DNA of 64,000 nucleotides from Nemertoderma westbladi (lineage: Eukaryota; Animalia; Xenacoelomorpha): contig JAUCBJ010006842.1 in the NCBI GenBank assembly GCA_032718475.1, positions 265,980 to 329,979 of the forward strand, read 5' to 3'. The position numbers and the translations under genes are program-made. Shown piece after piece: positions 49,633-62,464 of the stretch (within the stretch, counting starts at the first letter, position 1; each line of letters starts with the position of its first letter). Below the pieces are notes generated by a model. It had not been told where the DNA came from. It did no database searches and worked only from the letters and a program-made list of their open reading frames with translations.

Positions 49633-49945
49633 GCAAGCAAACAGTCGACTGAAGCCGGAGGCGAGCGGAAGAGGCTCCTCTTTCGATAGCTACTACATGA
49701 AGGGGTGGGCGCTACTCCTATCCCAAGATTTTCTCCCAGTTATTTCAGTAGTACTCATTTTATAGACCCCAGTGGATGAAAGGCTGAGTGAACCCTGGTG
49801 GGGCAGAACCTACAACCAATAGATTGCAGGCCCGGCGCTCAACCAACTGTGCTACCCAGGCTGAGTGAACCCTGGTAGGGCAGAACCTACAACCAATAGA
49901 TTGCAGGCCCGGCGCTCAACCAACTGAGCTACCCGGCCGTCCATG
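49633..49945 (-). mobile_element. tRNA-derived SINE with duplicated head and conserved central domain (Deu/Nin-like)
   Basis: Minus strand has A box GGTAGCTCAGTTGG, then GGTTCACTCAGCCTTTCATCC...TAAAATGAGTAC. 11-bp TSD TATTTTGTGAA at 49622 and 49946. Confidence 0.82.
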
Positions 49946-50628
49946 TATTTTGTGAATGGACTATATTTCATGAACTATCCATATCTGTAATCCATACACC
50001 ACTTGCAAGGTCAACAGTGTGGTTTATTAATTATGGGCAAAATGAAATTGGTTATAGCGATATTTAATTAATAGGACAACCACCAAATTCAAGAAGTGAG
50101 GTTTAAATGATTTCATGGGATGAAAACTCATAATATGAACATAAAAGTTGATTGGCCCATGTACTATACTGTGATCTTTATTACAATGATGCAGTTTGTT
50201 CTACTCTCCCTACTATTGAATACAGTTGCTTATTTTATTTCTAAAATGTATTTGTATATAATGTACTATAACAGTATGATAATACTCTCCACAGCGAAAT
50301 CGACTCCATAGCGAGATCGTCAACCGACTCTATTAAACCTAGGTTTCAAAATTCCGGTTATCATCTGCCGGGTGTGTGTGTCTATGACAAATTAGGTACC
50401 ACGGTGGATGAAGAATTTATTCGCTATGGAGTGGGCTCATATTTTGGCCTTTTTCCTAATCACTTTCTATTACATTAAATAAACTTAATTCACCGTCACT
50501 CTACCCCACAACAATTTATTTATTATTATTAAAATTTATTTGTGGTTGCATTGGCCTAGAATCTAAAAACTATTATTGATATAATAACTAATATATTTGC
50601 TGAAATACATTTTGTGCAGAATATAACT

Positions 50629-51618
50629 ATGACGCATAATGTGAACTGTAGCCAAAGCAATGGAGTGCCAGTAGTTTCACTTTATTTGCAGTTGCCGTTC
50701 ATAATCACAACCATACTTTCCATTGTAACCATAGCTCTCAATGGTATCATATTTGTTAGTTATATCATCAACCGCGATATCCGCAACAACCAATCCAACC
50801 TGCTGGTAGCTAACTTGGCTGCGGCTGGACTACTAGAAGGTGTTATTGTACTACCTGCACACGCAATGATGCATAATATCAATTCCAATTTTGAATTTAT
50901 GTATTATGAAGTGTTGTATACGATTATTCTGGAATTAGACAATCTCATTTATATTGTCCATCTTACAAGTTTGGTATTATTCTCTTTTGAAAGATATTTA
51001 TTCATTGCACACCCATTTACTTACAACAAACATTTTAGCAAAGAATTTATATATCATGTAGTTATTGGTGTCTGGCTCATTTTGTGCATTTATATTTGTT
51101 TTAAAGTCTTGGTGGTTAATTTAAACGTGTTTGGGACTGCTGAATGTGGTAACAACAATGATGGAATCAAGAATAATTCCACTATGGCATACGATATCAT
51201 CAGTATGTTGGTTTGGGCCTGCCTTTCCGGGGTCTGCCTGTTTGTTGCAAATGTTGCTATAATCCGAATAGTTATCCATCATGTCCGTCGGATTCGAAAC
51301 CACCCAGTAGTGCGAGACGAAGATGAGCACATCAAATCTTTCACAATTAATGGAATCGTGAATATGATATTCATCAGCTTATCAACCCTGCTGTTATGGG
51401 CACCCCACCATACTTTCCAGCTTTATTATTTAATCAATGGTTATCAGAAAAACGCCCGTGCAATGCTGAGTTACTCACGTTTGCTTGGCTACTCGAAATA
51501 TGTAACAATTTCAATTATTTGCATTCGTGACAGTGCTTTCCGTGCCACTTGCAATAACATAATTCGGTGTCGGTTTAGAGATATTGGTAAAGAACCAATG
51601 TACCGTAGAAAATCATGA
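50629..51618 (+). CDS. Rhodopsin-like (class A) 7TM GPCR, paralog of 10322-11290
   Basis: ANLAAAGLLEG, ILELDNLIYIVHL, SFERY...HPFTY, LLLWAPHH, C-terminal EPMYRRKS. First ATG at 50629; NCS sequon. Confidence 0.88.
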   Translation: MTHNVNCSQSNGVPVVSLYLQLPFIITTILSIVTIALNGIIFVSYIINRDIRNNQSNLLVANLAAAGLLEGVIVLPAHAMMHNINSNFEFMYYEVLYTIILELDNLIYIVHLTSLVLFSFERYLFIAHPFTYNKHFSKEFIYHVVIGVWLILCIYICFKVLVVNLNVFGTAECGNNNDGIKNNSTMAYDIISMLVWACLSGVCLFVANVAIIRIVIHHVRRIRNHPVVRDEDEHIKSFTINGIVNMIFISLSTLLLWAPHHTFQLYYLINGYQKNARAMLSYSRLLGYSKYVTISIICIRDSAFRATCNNIIRCRFRDIGKEPMYRRKS

Positions 51619-52109
51619 CAATATAAATAAATGTGGTATAAGACCCACTTGAGGGGCCAACTTAAAGGAACCGCTAACTAACTATGATGCTGTTGTTTGG
51701 TAATACACCCTAACCCAAAAAACACATTTTGAGAAAATAACCAATCAATCAATTATTCACAATTTTTTTATTGAATACATGGTAAGTGATGACGAACACG
51801 GGATTAAAATGATAAAATAAAATTATAAGGTGTTTTTCCATTCAATGTGAGCTGAATTGTTGGAGGTAAGTATTATTAAATACCATAGGATATTACTTCT
51901 TTTGATTGGTCACTTCCTTAATAATTGATTGGCTTAAAATAAAAGCACATGGAAAACACCATAACTCTGGGATTATTATTGTGAACTGAGGCTGGCTCCC
52001 TTGACCCTCCAAAGATTGAACGAAATAATAACAGCCATATGTTGAAATCAAACCTGCGCCAGTTACCAATAGTGTAAATCAGGAGTGGCGCCTAACCCCC
52101 ACTGGGCTA

Positions 52110-52582
52110 TATTTATTGCCGCAATAATTATTTATTGCCGCAATAATTAATTATTGCCGCAATAATTATTTATTTCCGCAATAATTAATTATTGCCGCAA
52201 TAATTATTTATTTCCGCAATAATTAATTATTGCCGCAATAATTATTTATTGCCACAATAATTATTTATTGCCGTAATAATTATTTATTGCCGCAATAATT
52301 ATTTATTTCCGCAATAATTATTTATTGCGGAAATAATTATTTATAGACGCAATAATTAATTATTGCCGCAATAATTATTTATTGCCGCAATAATTATTTA
52401 TTGCCGCAATAATTAATTATTGCCGCAATAATTATTTATTTCCGCAATAATTAATTATTGCCGCAATAATTATTTATTTCCGCAATAATTAATTATTGCC
52501 GCAATAATTATTTATTGCCACAATAATTATTTATTGCCACAATAATTATTTATTGCCGCAATAATTATTTATTGCCGCAATA
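52110..52582. repeat. 19-bp minisatellite (ATTGCCGCAATAATTATTT)n, ~25 copies
   Basis: Strict 19-bp period; one core is inverted near 52326 (TGCGGAAATA). Confidence 0.95.
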
Positions 52583-53779
52583 ACAATTGGGCATATTAAA
52601 ATATTTTCATGAGTGATTTAATTATTTACATGCACTATTATATTATTTCAAAGACTGCAGTAATTGTTATGATTTTGATCCTTTTGAGACGCCATAACGG
52701 TATGTAAATACACACCCAGTTAATTATTTTACATGCATTATTTGTACATAGATTGGTATGCCTAACATACTCTATTAGTAACCGACGCTTATTCACTAAA
52801 AAGAATGGAGATGATTAACAGCGATAATATTCCCAAACTCTCACTCAGCCTTTTACATATATTGTTAAGTCATAAGTCGTGAATAAGAGAAATTGAATTA
52901 CATTGAATATAATTATCACATAATTATTTGTTGATTTAAGAGTTTTTGTTTTTTTACTTAATTTGTTGATTTATCCAAGGAACTCCACAAAGAATAACTA
53001 ATGACTAAATAGAAGAAAGAAGACTAAATGACAGTGATAAACATGTTGATCCTCTCACGAAATAGAATCGCATACATTTCTGAAAGAGTTTGCCAGTCTA
53101 AGAATGGGGGTAAAATTCTTGGGACATAATAACCAAAACATATTTTGGGGCTACAATCAGAAACAAAACATATCAATAGTTATTTAGCAATGGAAGATAA
53201 TTCATTTTGTAACATTATGCCAACTTTCTTATAAGCCCTGTGGTAGTGAATTCCTTCGGTCGGAAATTGGTAATTAACATTGATAGGCCTACACCTACAA
53301 TAAACTCCTATAAAACGTCCTGATTCTCAATTGTAACTGTAATTAATTGCATAAATGAATATGAAGTTCATGAAGATTACTAAACATTACAATATTTTAT
53401 TACCTTATCTTTAATATAAATTGCAAGGATTACAAATCGGTACCAAAATATGTATTTCTGATATCAGATTATTCAAATATCAGATATTGGGTTTTTAATA
53501 GATGCATTTTTGGCTTACTCTGGAGTACCTACATTTATTTATTAAAAAAATAAACAAACTTGTGGATGCAATATTTCATTTATTTCATGAGTTGCTATGC
53601 AATAGTAATGCAACAGGAAGATACCAATGCTTTGGAAAGAAGTGTTTAGAATGAATGAATGCCTTGATTTATACTATTATGTATTTAAATAATTCCTTTT
53701 ATAATTTCAGTTACTATTGTGAGCCATTGATACTACTACTAGTATCGGCATGCTGCATTGCAGCTGCATTTTAAGGATG

Positions 53780-54260
53780 CTGCGCCGGCTTGTCGACAAA
53801 ATTAAGATGCGTCTCAAGAAAGTAATGGGCTGTCCACCATGCTTATTCACTCCATGAGGCCGCCAAAGCACAAAATTATGCACTAGCTGGTCCTCATGGC
53901 GAAAGCAATGTCCTGCAAAGGGGAGGCAGCTTTGTTCTAGTGTCAAGCTTGGGGGAACCTATGAGACACCTCCAATGTTATATAACCAGCATAGCATTCT
54001 TGTGAATGTGCCATCCAGAGATTTCGTGTCCTCAGCAGTTAGAGCCCAGCATGGACTCCCATAGAGGAGTACTGGAACTACTGCTGCTCTAAATAATCGG
54101 ACCTTAAGTTTCCGATGAATTCTATGTGACTTTCAAATCCTGGAAAGCCCATTCAAGGCTGCCCATGCCTTTCCTTTACATATTCCGGATCCATGATCAC
54201 AGGCAACAGATGTCATCGACATGCTCAAGCAAACCATCCATACGATCCAGGCTTATAGCA
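53780..54260 (-). mobile_element. RTE family B fragment
   Basis: Homologous to 8190-8700 with internal deletions; encodes FAGHCFRHEDQLVHNFVLW. Confidence 0.85.
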
Positions 54261-55814
54261 CTTACAGGGGCCCGAAATTACAAAATCTCTCAAGTGGCAA
54301 AAATTTAATAATTTAATAATAATTTAATACTGTATACAAAAAATAATCACTAAAACACATCAACTAAGTTTCTTTCTATTTTAAACACCATCGGTTTAAG
54401 TCAAAAATTATGAGCCAAACCTCCAAAGGCTGTAACTGTAGTAACTGAAGCAACTGCATTTGATCTAGCCAGCCTACATAGTTCATATATGGTAGTGTGA
54501 AGTACTTTTGGACAGGTTCAACCAAGTCAATTGTGTATTTTTTTGTAGGGAGACCAAACATAGGTACAATACTCTACTAAAGGCCTAATATACGCTTTGT
54601 ATGCCTTAAGTAGGGCAGATCGATTAGCAGTTTTGAAGCACCAAAATATCATATTAGTGATTTTGTGAGCTTTTACAGCTTATTCCCTACTTCGTTGGGA
54701 ATGTGGAGAACTCAAAATTCGTCTAGTTTGAAAAAAAAAATGGCTTGCCCAGTTTTGCGTAAAGGAGGGGCATGTATGATCAAGGAGATAGCGCAGGCAA
54801 GTGGAATGACATGCAAAAGAGCGCTCGAACTTGCTGAAGATTTGTGCCCAGATTTGAAGCGGACAAAATTGGCTGGTCACAAGCCAGAAAGACTTGAGTG
54901 CCTAAATCGCTAAGCTACAAGCCATCTTAGCGGACAATTATAATTATTCTATGGCTAGTTATATATTCGCTTCTGACACACACACACACACTGACACAAA
55001 CACAAACACACACACACACAGACTTTTAGAAAATGGTATTGCATTGCCTACTGCAACAGCACATGAATGTCGCGCTATCATGAAGTGGCAGAACAAATCG
55101 CCTTCCTCAACAGACATCAGTGAAGGAAGGCTTGGGATCATCAGTGAAGTGGTTGTGTTGGTGGTGAGAGCTTCCATTTCGAGATCGTTCGTCAGCTACA
55201 GAGCAACAAAAAAGATCCTGCAAGAAGCCCAGAATCTGACATTTTTCTTCAAGGGTTGGCTTGGCGCACATGGATATAGGAACAGTATAATCTAGTTTGT
55301 TTACTCACGAATATCAGCTGCATTATTATAGAGACTACATTACAATAATTAACGGCAGTTCGGAATGGATTATATTAAAATGTTGGGACGACTTTCCATT
55401 ATTATTACAAGGACTATTAATTCATTCAAAGCAATGGTAAAATTAATTATAATAATCCCGTACATAGTAATTTTCATTAGTATATGCAGCTAGACTTACT
55501 ATAATGGTTATTATTATGGTTTAACTTATTATTTCAGTATTAACTTAATTTACTCAGGTTACTCCAAATGAACCGCACTTTGGTGTGAGAGCTTCCCAGC
55601 TCTAACGGTGTTTTTAATATATAGAATAATAAAAATAAATAAACAAATAAAATAGAGATATAATTTCTAACGAGCTCTAATTGGAGATGCAGGAGACCAG
55701 CCCTGAGAAGCTGATGGCGAAAATATAGTTAACAACAAGCCTCTAATATCTGGATTCTGTAAATATGGTATATTATATCAACTTGATCGAAAACAGGTAC
55801 TTTGATGTATTCCT

Positions 55815-56460
55815 GCAGGTGACTCTTCAAGGACCAGAAATGATATGGATAAAGCATTTGCTGATGTGCTGAGAGATCTCCAACCTACTGGAGAGGAGCC
55901 AAAGAAGAAGAAGAGAAAGAAGATGGTAGATGTTGTGCCAGGGAAAGTGCATCCCTGGATTATTTTAATGAGAATGGTGAACTAGACGCGAGTGGTGATG
56001 AAGACAATGATAATGGGGAATCTTGTGATGATGATAGATGATGATAGAGATGATGTTGAGTCTGAGGAATCTGGTGAGTCTGAGGAATCTGGTGGTGAAG
56101 AGCCATCATCAAAGCGGTTCAAAGGTTAGAGTAATGCAGCACTATCAGAGTTTAATGATAATTTTGTGAAGGGGGGTCTCATTATAGCAGTCTACGATAA
56201 GGAGTGGCTTATTGGAATAGTCCTACATATCACTCATTCTGAACTGCAAGTCTCATTTATGGATCGTGTGAAAAACATGAATCGTGTATTTGGTTTTGGC
56301 CAACACCAGCAGATAAATACCATATACTTCTAACAAGTATACTTGGAATATTCAAGAGTGACTTGTTGGTTCCCTTGAATCTCAGATCCTTCAAGGTCAA
56401 CCGAGGAACTCAGGGTGCATGTGATGCTGCATTTGCAGCCTACCCCAGAGACTTATTGCT
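55815..56460 (+). pseudogene. Degraded DNA-transposase C-terminal-like remnant
   Basis: Broken frames read PKKKKRKKMVDVVPGK, an acidic tract, then IIAVYDKEWLIGIV...VSFM. I recall this style from pogo-like and other transposase C-termini. Confidence 0.35.
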
Positions 56461-57984
56461 TGTACTATTACTGGTACTGACTGAAATAATGTAACGGTAA
56501 AGCACAACATCCGAGACTTCATTGCTGGTACCATTACATTATTGTAACTGGCAACATTATTGTTTCTCAACAAGGCATTTTTCTGATAAAAATTATATTT
56601 TGAGTTGCAGTAGTGATTGTAGAGGCTAGGCCTAGTACCAGTACTTTTTGTTTACTCTACATGTAATTGGACTATGGACTCTGTCTGCACCCCCAACAAA
56701 CTCATCAAGACTGACAGAGTCATGTCAATGCATGATGAATTGAATTGAATTGAGGCACTCTTTTAATACCATCTATATCTAAAGCTCAAATTGTATATAT
56801 GTTTGTCTATATCTACTACTACTACTAGGTCGAGCGAACTCGGACACTTGTCTATATCAAAAGCTCAAATTGTATATGTATGTATATATGTATGTATGTT
56901 TGTTTGTTCCTCTTATCTCCTCCTAAACTACTGTCTCTCGCGATATGGGGAAAGTACCATTGGATTCAGCGTGGTCCTGGGATCTGTATAAAGTAATTTT
57001 CACTGAGATGCAGTGAATATTTTCGGTACTTTTAGTACTTTTTCTGAATTTATTGCAATTCGATTAGTGTATTTGCTTCTGAGAGACGAACACGGTTAAT
57101 AAAAAAGATAAGACCGTCCACAGACAAACATAGTGTAGTTGGGTCCCTCCCCATTATTGAACAATGCTTAGAATTCAATCAGCTGGCCTCCCAGCACTAA
57201 TAGATATTCCCATGGGATTCAATGGGAAGGGCTATTCAGCTGGTGGGGTAATACATAACAAACTAACAGAATAGAGTGAGATAATAATAAACTTGGTAAG
57301 TAATGTACTTTTCTGCAGTTTGGGCCTATCCATTCAATCAATAGTAGTAGCTTACTTAGGCCCTCATGAGAACCAGCAGCTGGTGTTTCTATCATTGAGT
57401 CTATGGCAATTTTCGTGTTTTGGGGCTATTTGTGGAAATAAAAAAAGACAATTTAATAATTTTTTCGAAAATTTTTTTTCCACATCCTGAGGTTGAGCTG
57501 CGTCGATTGTTATAACTTTCATTGATGGACGAGCTATAGCTTTGGAGGAGTTCACCTGATATACATACATACATAATTCATAGATACTGAATACTTTTAC
57601 AGTAAAGCCTGGTTCACAATATTGTGTAGTTGTTACACACACACACGTATGTAGCTACTTCACAAAGCCTTATGTAGTCGTTTTTCTACACGAGGTATTG
57701 TGTAGTAACTACACAAGGCCTTGTGTATGTGTACTTTTGCAAATACACAAGGATTGAATTAAATTCAACTTTTTGGGAACTACACAAGGCATATTAATAT
57801 TGAGTGTCTATTTAGGTAAATGATTGTCTAATGATTTTATCATTATCGATTCGTGTATGGTATAGATACACATATTTTTCTCAATATCAATTCACCTGTT
57901 CAGTTTAATAGAAAAACTATACATTTAAAATTTATGTACCAATGAGATATAAACAATAGCGTCTAGTGCAAAGAAAGTTAGATT

Positions 57985-58408
57985 AACTCTTATTAAAGTC
58001 AGAAATCATCCCAATTTATTCAATACAACTGGAAAAGATTCTAAGGATGTAGCAAAGAGGCATGCGAGCTGGACAAGCATCTCCAATGTTCTTAATGGTA
58101 ATTATAAATAGATACATACCTAATAATATTACACTAAATAATATCACTAGCAATGCTATAAATTGTATTTATTTAATCTTGATATTTTCATAGAAACTAC
58201 TGAGCAGTGAAAAGCCCGATTTACACATCTTCACCGAGAGTATACCCGATGCAAGGCAGCACTGAAGGGAAAGAGTGGCGATGCGGCGAGGAAGAAAATG
58301 CAGGATCCTTCATCAATTCTTTCACAGATGTGTTTTTTAGACGCATTTATCAGCTGTTGCAATACTATATCTAGCATGCCGTCTTCCCAAATCTCCACGG
58401 ATGTGTAG
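57985..58408 (+). pseudogene. Two-exon MADF (Myb/SANT-like) domain pseudogene, probably a Harbinger-associated ORF
   Basis: Exon 1 reads LIKVRNHPNLFNTTGKDSKDVAKRHASWTSISNVLN; GT-AG intron at ~58098-58193; exon 2 reads ETTEQ*KARFTHLHREYTR...SG...MCFLDAFI. A partial duplicate at ~58590-58670 has TGT (Cys) at the stop position. Confidence 0.7.
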
Positions 58409-60113
58409 GGATCCGCTACCGATTCTTCTGAGGAGGAAAATGTTAAAACATATAAAACAATAAGACTTTCATAATAAACTTTGTTAGGATTAACAAGTTT
58501 ATCATAAAATTTGTTTAGGATTGATTATCACATTTCTAATAAAAACTTGTCAATTTGTTTCCGATTCGTAGTTTCTGTATTTATCTAATCTTGATATTTT
58601 CATAGCAACTACTGAGCGGTGTAAAGCCCGATTTACACATCTTCACTGAGAGTATACCCAATGAAAGGCAAAACTGTGTATGTGAAAGAGCCGAATATTA
58701 TTTATTACCAGTGCTGTATGTAGAGATATGAGTTTCCGATTCTGTTATTACATTTGTCTGATAATCAGATACCTGACATATACCGATACTTGCCTAACAA
58801 CTCAACCCTACCGGACCTGAAATGAAAAATCATTGTTATCAGGACTGCTACGCATAGCACCTACACGTAGCTACGCGTAGCAACTATGCGTAGTTTCACA
58901 ATCCATACGCGTAGTTCCAAAATAACTATGCGTAGTTTTAAAACACCTACGCGTAGTTGTTAAAAAGGCAGTAAGTCTGGCCCTACCGGTAAATGACAGG
59001 AATGGAAGTTACAAACTACGCATAGCTACGCGTAGCTACGCATAGGCCTATTCATCCTTCATCAATTCTTTCACAGATGGGTTTTTAGAGGCATTTATCA
59101 GCTGTCGCATTACTATATCTAGCATGCCGTCTTCCCAAATCTCCACGGATGTGCAGTAGGGGTGAATGAAAAAAATTTTTTTTTTTAATTTTAGATTTTC
59201 TCTCTTATAGAAAGTGGCATTGTGTTGAGAAAATTCAGAAAATAAAAGAACAATTTTTTAAAAATAACAGTTGACCCCTCAACAACAAATTTCAAATCTG
59301 ATAATTTTGCCGCAAACTAGAATTTTTGAGTGTAAATTGTGAAAAATTAGATTGTATATATAAAATATTTCTCCTAGCAAATATTCAAGCATTTATGGTA
59401 CTTAACAAAAATATGTGAAGTTGGAATTCAAATTTAATGTTTAAACCCTTCCACATATTTCTTGAAAATCTCAAAATTTTTCATTTTTTCCAAAAATTCA
59501 GCAATTATTAAAATTGTTTTTGTACAATAATGGCGCACCATAATTTTGGTTTTTCTCCCAAGGATTCAGTGCCTTGCTATAAAAACATGTCAAAATGGCA
59601 ATAAATTGAGATATTAACATGTTGACTTGCCCCTCCACTAATGGTTTGGAATTTGAAATATTGTAAAAATTGTTAGGAAGAAAAAGTTTTAAGCTCTAAG
59701 AATTGTAGACTTGCAATTGTAAAGCATTTTCCAGTCACAATACAAATGTTTGTACCAAACTATAGTATAGTATAGAAATACCAGGAACATTATGCCTATA
59801 GCATACCCATGGCCTACTATATATACGGCCTAACAGGCAACCTTGAGAAGCCTTAAAATTTAAGGCCATTGTAGTTTCTACATTCTACATGGATTATTGC
59901 ACGGAAAATCCTTTTTAACAACTTTACTGTTTTCGAACTTAAATTTTGTGACGAATCTAGAAGTGATACCTATTTCTAAAAAGATTGGATATTTTTCGAG
60001 TTACTGCACTTCAAGATATTTTATTAAAGTTTTTCTAAAATATTTACCTATTTAACTACATTTGTAAATATGAATATCTTTTGAATTTTACTATTTCTAA
60101 AACATTAACTGTT

Positions 60114-60625
60114 TTAACAATAGCCCGGTGTTTACAGTCCTATTTATGTTTGCAGTTGTTCACAACAATAGCCCGGTGTTTACATTCCTATTTATGTTTG
60201 CAGGTGTTCACAACAATAGCCTTGGTGTTTACATTCCTATTTATGTTTGCAGGTGTTCACAACAATAGCCTGGGTGTCTACATTCCTATTTATGTTTGCA
60301 GTTGTTCACAACAATAGCCTGGGTGTTTACATTCCTATTTATGTTTGCAGGTGTTCACAACAATAGCCCGGGGTTTACATTCCTATTTATGTTTGCAGTT
60401 GTTCACAACAATAGCCTGGGTGTTTACATTCCTATTTATGTTTGCAGTTGTTCACAACAATAGCCTGGGTGTTTACATTCCTATTTATGTTTGCAGTTGT
60501 TCACAACAATAGCCTGGGTGTTTACATTCCTATTTATGTTTGCAGGTGTTCACAACAATAGCCTGGGGTTTACATTCCTATTTATGTTTGCAGTTGTTCA
60601 CAACAATAGCCTGGGTGTTTACATT
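60114..60625. repeat. 48-49-bp minisatellite, ~10.5 copies
   Basis: Unit CAACAATAGCCTGGGTGTTTACATTCCTATTTATGTTTGCAGTTGTTCA. Confidence 0.95.
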
Positions 60626-60653
60626 AAAACATTAACTGAACGACATGTCTGTA

Positions 60654-62464
60654 TCAAAGCAGCATAGCAGATGTATGTGGTGTTAAACTCTTTCCTCGCC
60701 ACAACCGCGTATCAGTACCCACTGTCTTAAACCACTTCTCAACCCAATCAGCTACATCACGGAGAAAGGTAGGTTTATTGTTGCCAGCCACTACAGCATT
60801 ACCCAGATAATTAGACTGGTGGAATCGTTGCTTGGAATTATTTATGACCCACCAGTCATTAATGAGTCTAAGAAACTGAGCTGTGGGATATCGATTCGGA
60901 AAATATCTCTCCAATGCCGCGCTGGTTGATTCATTGAATATTGCTAGGGCAATAGGAACGGATTGTTTGTTGTTGCCAGGATGCACAGCTTGGTATGTGA
61001 GCTGTTTGGCCATGCGTAAATGAGCATCCAATTGGAAATCTCGGTCATAAAGATCTAGAAGATCTTTCCAATGGCAGCTACCTTCAGTAACACAAATTGT
61101 ATCTTTGAAGGCAGTAAATATGAATTCAGGAAAGCTAAAATGTTTTCCATTTGCAAGGCTATTGCGGATGTTCTTTATAATATGTACAGGATCGTATAGT
61201 AAACAGATCTTCATTCCATTGTAATAAATAATGCGATTCTTCTCGTCATTGTCATTTGATCCAGCACGGCCAAAGCGAGTATACAACTTAGTATTAATGG
61301 GTGAATCATCACAACCAATAGCACGAATGTGCAATTTAGCATCACATACATCTTTCATTACCGACACAAATTCATCCACTAGCCAAACTGATGTTGCTGA
61401 TATGACTGGCACAGCACGAACCACATAGGATTTTCCGTGTTTGGCACCCACTATCATGAAACATACAATTGCTTTGAACATGTTACCATCATCATCTACG
61501 CCAACAAATTCGCCCTGACTATAAGATGCCTCCATCTGTAACTTCATCTCATCACATACCAATGTGACATCGGCATCAAACAAACCATCCTCCACCATTC
61601 GGTGCAATGCTTTCATACTGTCAACGCCTCCCTTTTGCAGTTTATTTAGAAGTGTAAGGGATGGTAACTGAATTTCCCTTTTAAGCAGAGTATACGCCTG
61701 ATAGGAAGTGTAACATAACTTTAATGCGAATTGTATAACGGTATGAGAATAAGGAGGGCGAGCATACTTTGAGTAATATTGGTGATGGAAAACCTCATCG
61801 AAAACTGCTGAGTATTTATACTGAGAAATATTTCTTAAATAAACAGCAAAGTTTCAATCTGGGTTGCATTTGTAATCTTACAGATAGATGTTTTACTAAA
61901 CCAAATGGGTAAAGGAACTGGATGCTGGGTAAGTTCTAATTTAACGTGTAAATCTGAAGTAATCTTTATAACTCCATGTAAACTTGGCATACCACTACCT
62001 CCACAGAAATCCAGTTCATACATCAATACTCGATCTGCAGTTTTGTCAAAATGGTAACCAGTTGGACAAAAATCCTCAGTGATATCAGACAAACATGAGA
62101 CGGCATATCGATTGCTAAATTCAGCAAGTTGATTCTGCTGAAATGGGCGATCAATAGGCTCTCGCCGAGGCCGCTTGACTGAAGGCACCATGGATGGCAG
62201 TGTATCAGTAACAGCAGGAATGGTTGGAATAGGCGACAATGACCAATCGAGTAGCATCTTTCCCGTAGCTATAGTCTTGAGATATTGCTTCTCGAAATGA
62301 TCGATACAAACACGGGAATTAGGTGTTGCTTCAAAGTCTTTCCTATTTACAAAAGCCATCCATCTTTTACTTAGGTCCCGCCCCAAAGGAAACTGGAAGC
62401 TCGCTTTTTTTTCCACACCAACATAACCAGTCTTGCATCCAAACACAGAACATTTATTAACCAT
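60654..62464 (-). pseudogene. THAP-domain P-element transposase, frameshifted (~61850) and 3'-truncated
   Basis: THAP C2CH finger CSVFGC...FQFP...RW...VCIDHF...PIPT; then YSHTVIQFALKL...LPS, CDEMKL, GCDDSPIN, YDPVHIIKNIRN, KQSVPIALAIF. Confidence 0.9.

Noticed and set aside
55165-55200. Second hammerhead-like string (minus strand CTGACGA...CGAAA)
   Set aside because: Stem II cannot form properly and there is no convincing stem I or NUH triplet.
60114-60625. Regular repeat array that might suggest CRISPR
   Set aside because: Units are contiguous with no unique spacers, there are no cas genes, and the context is eukaryotic. The same applies to 52110-52582 and 8045-9545.
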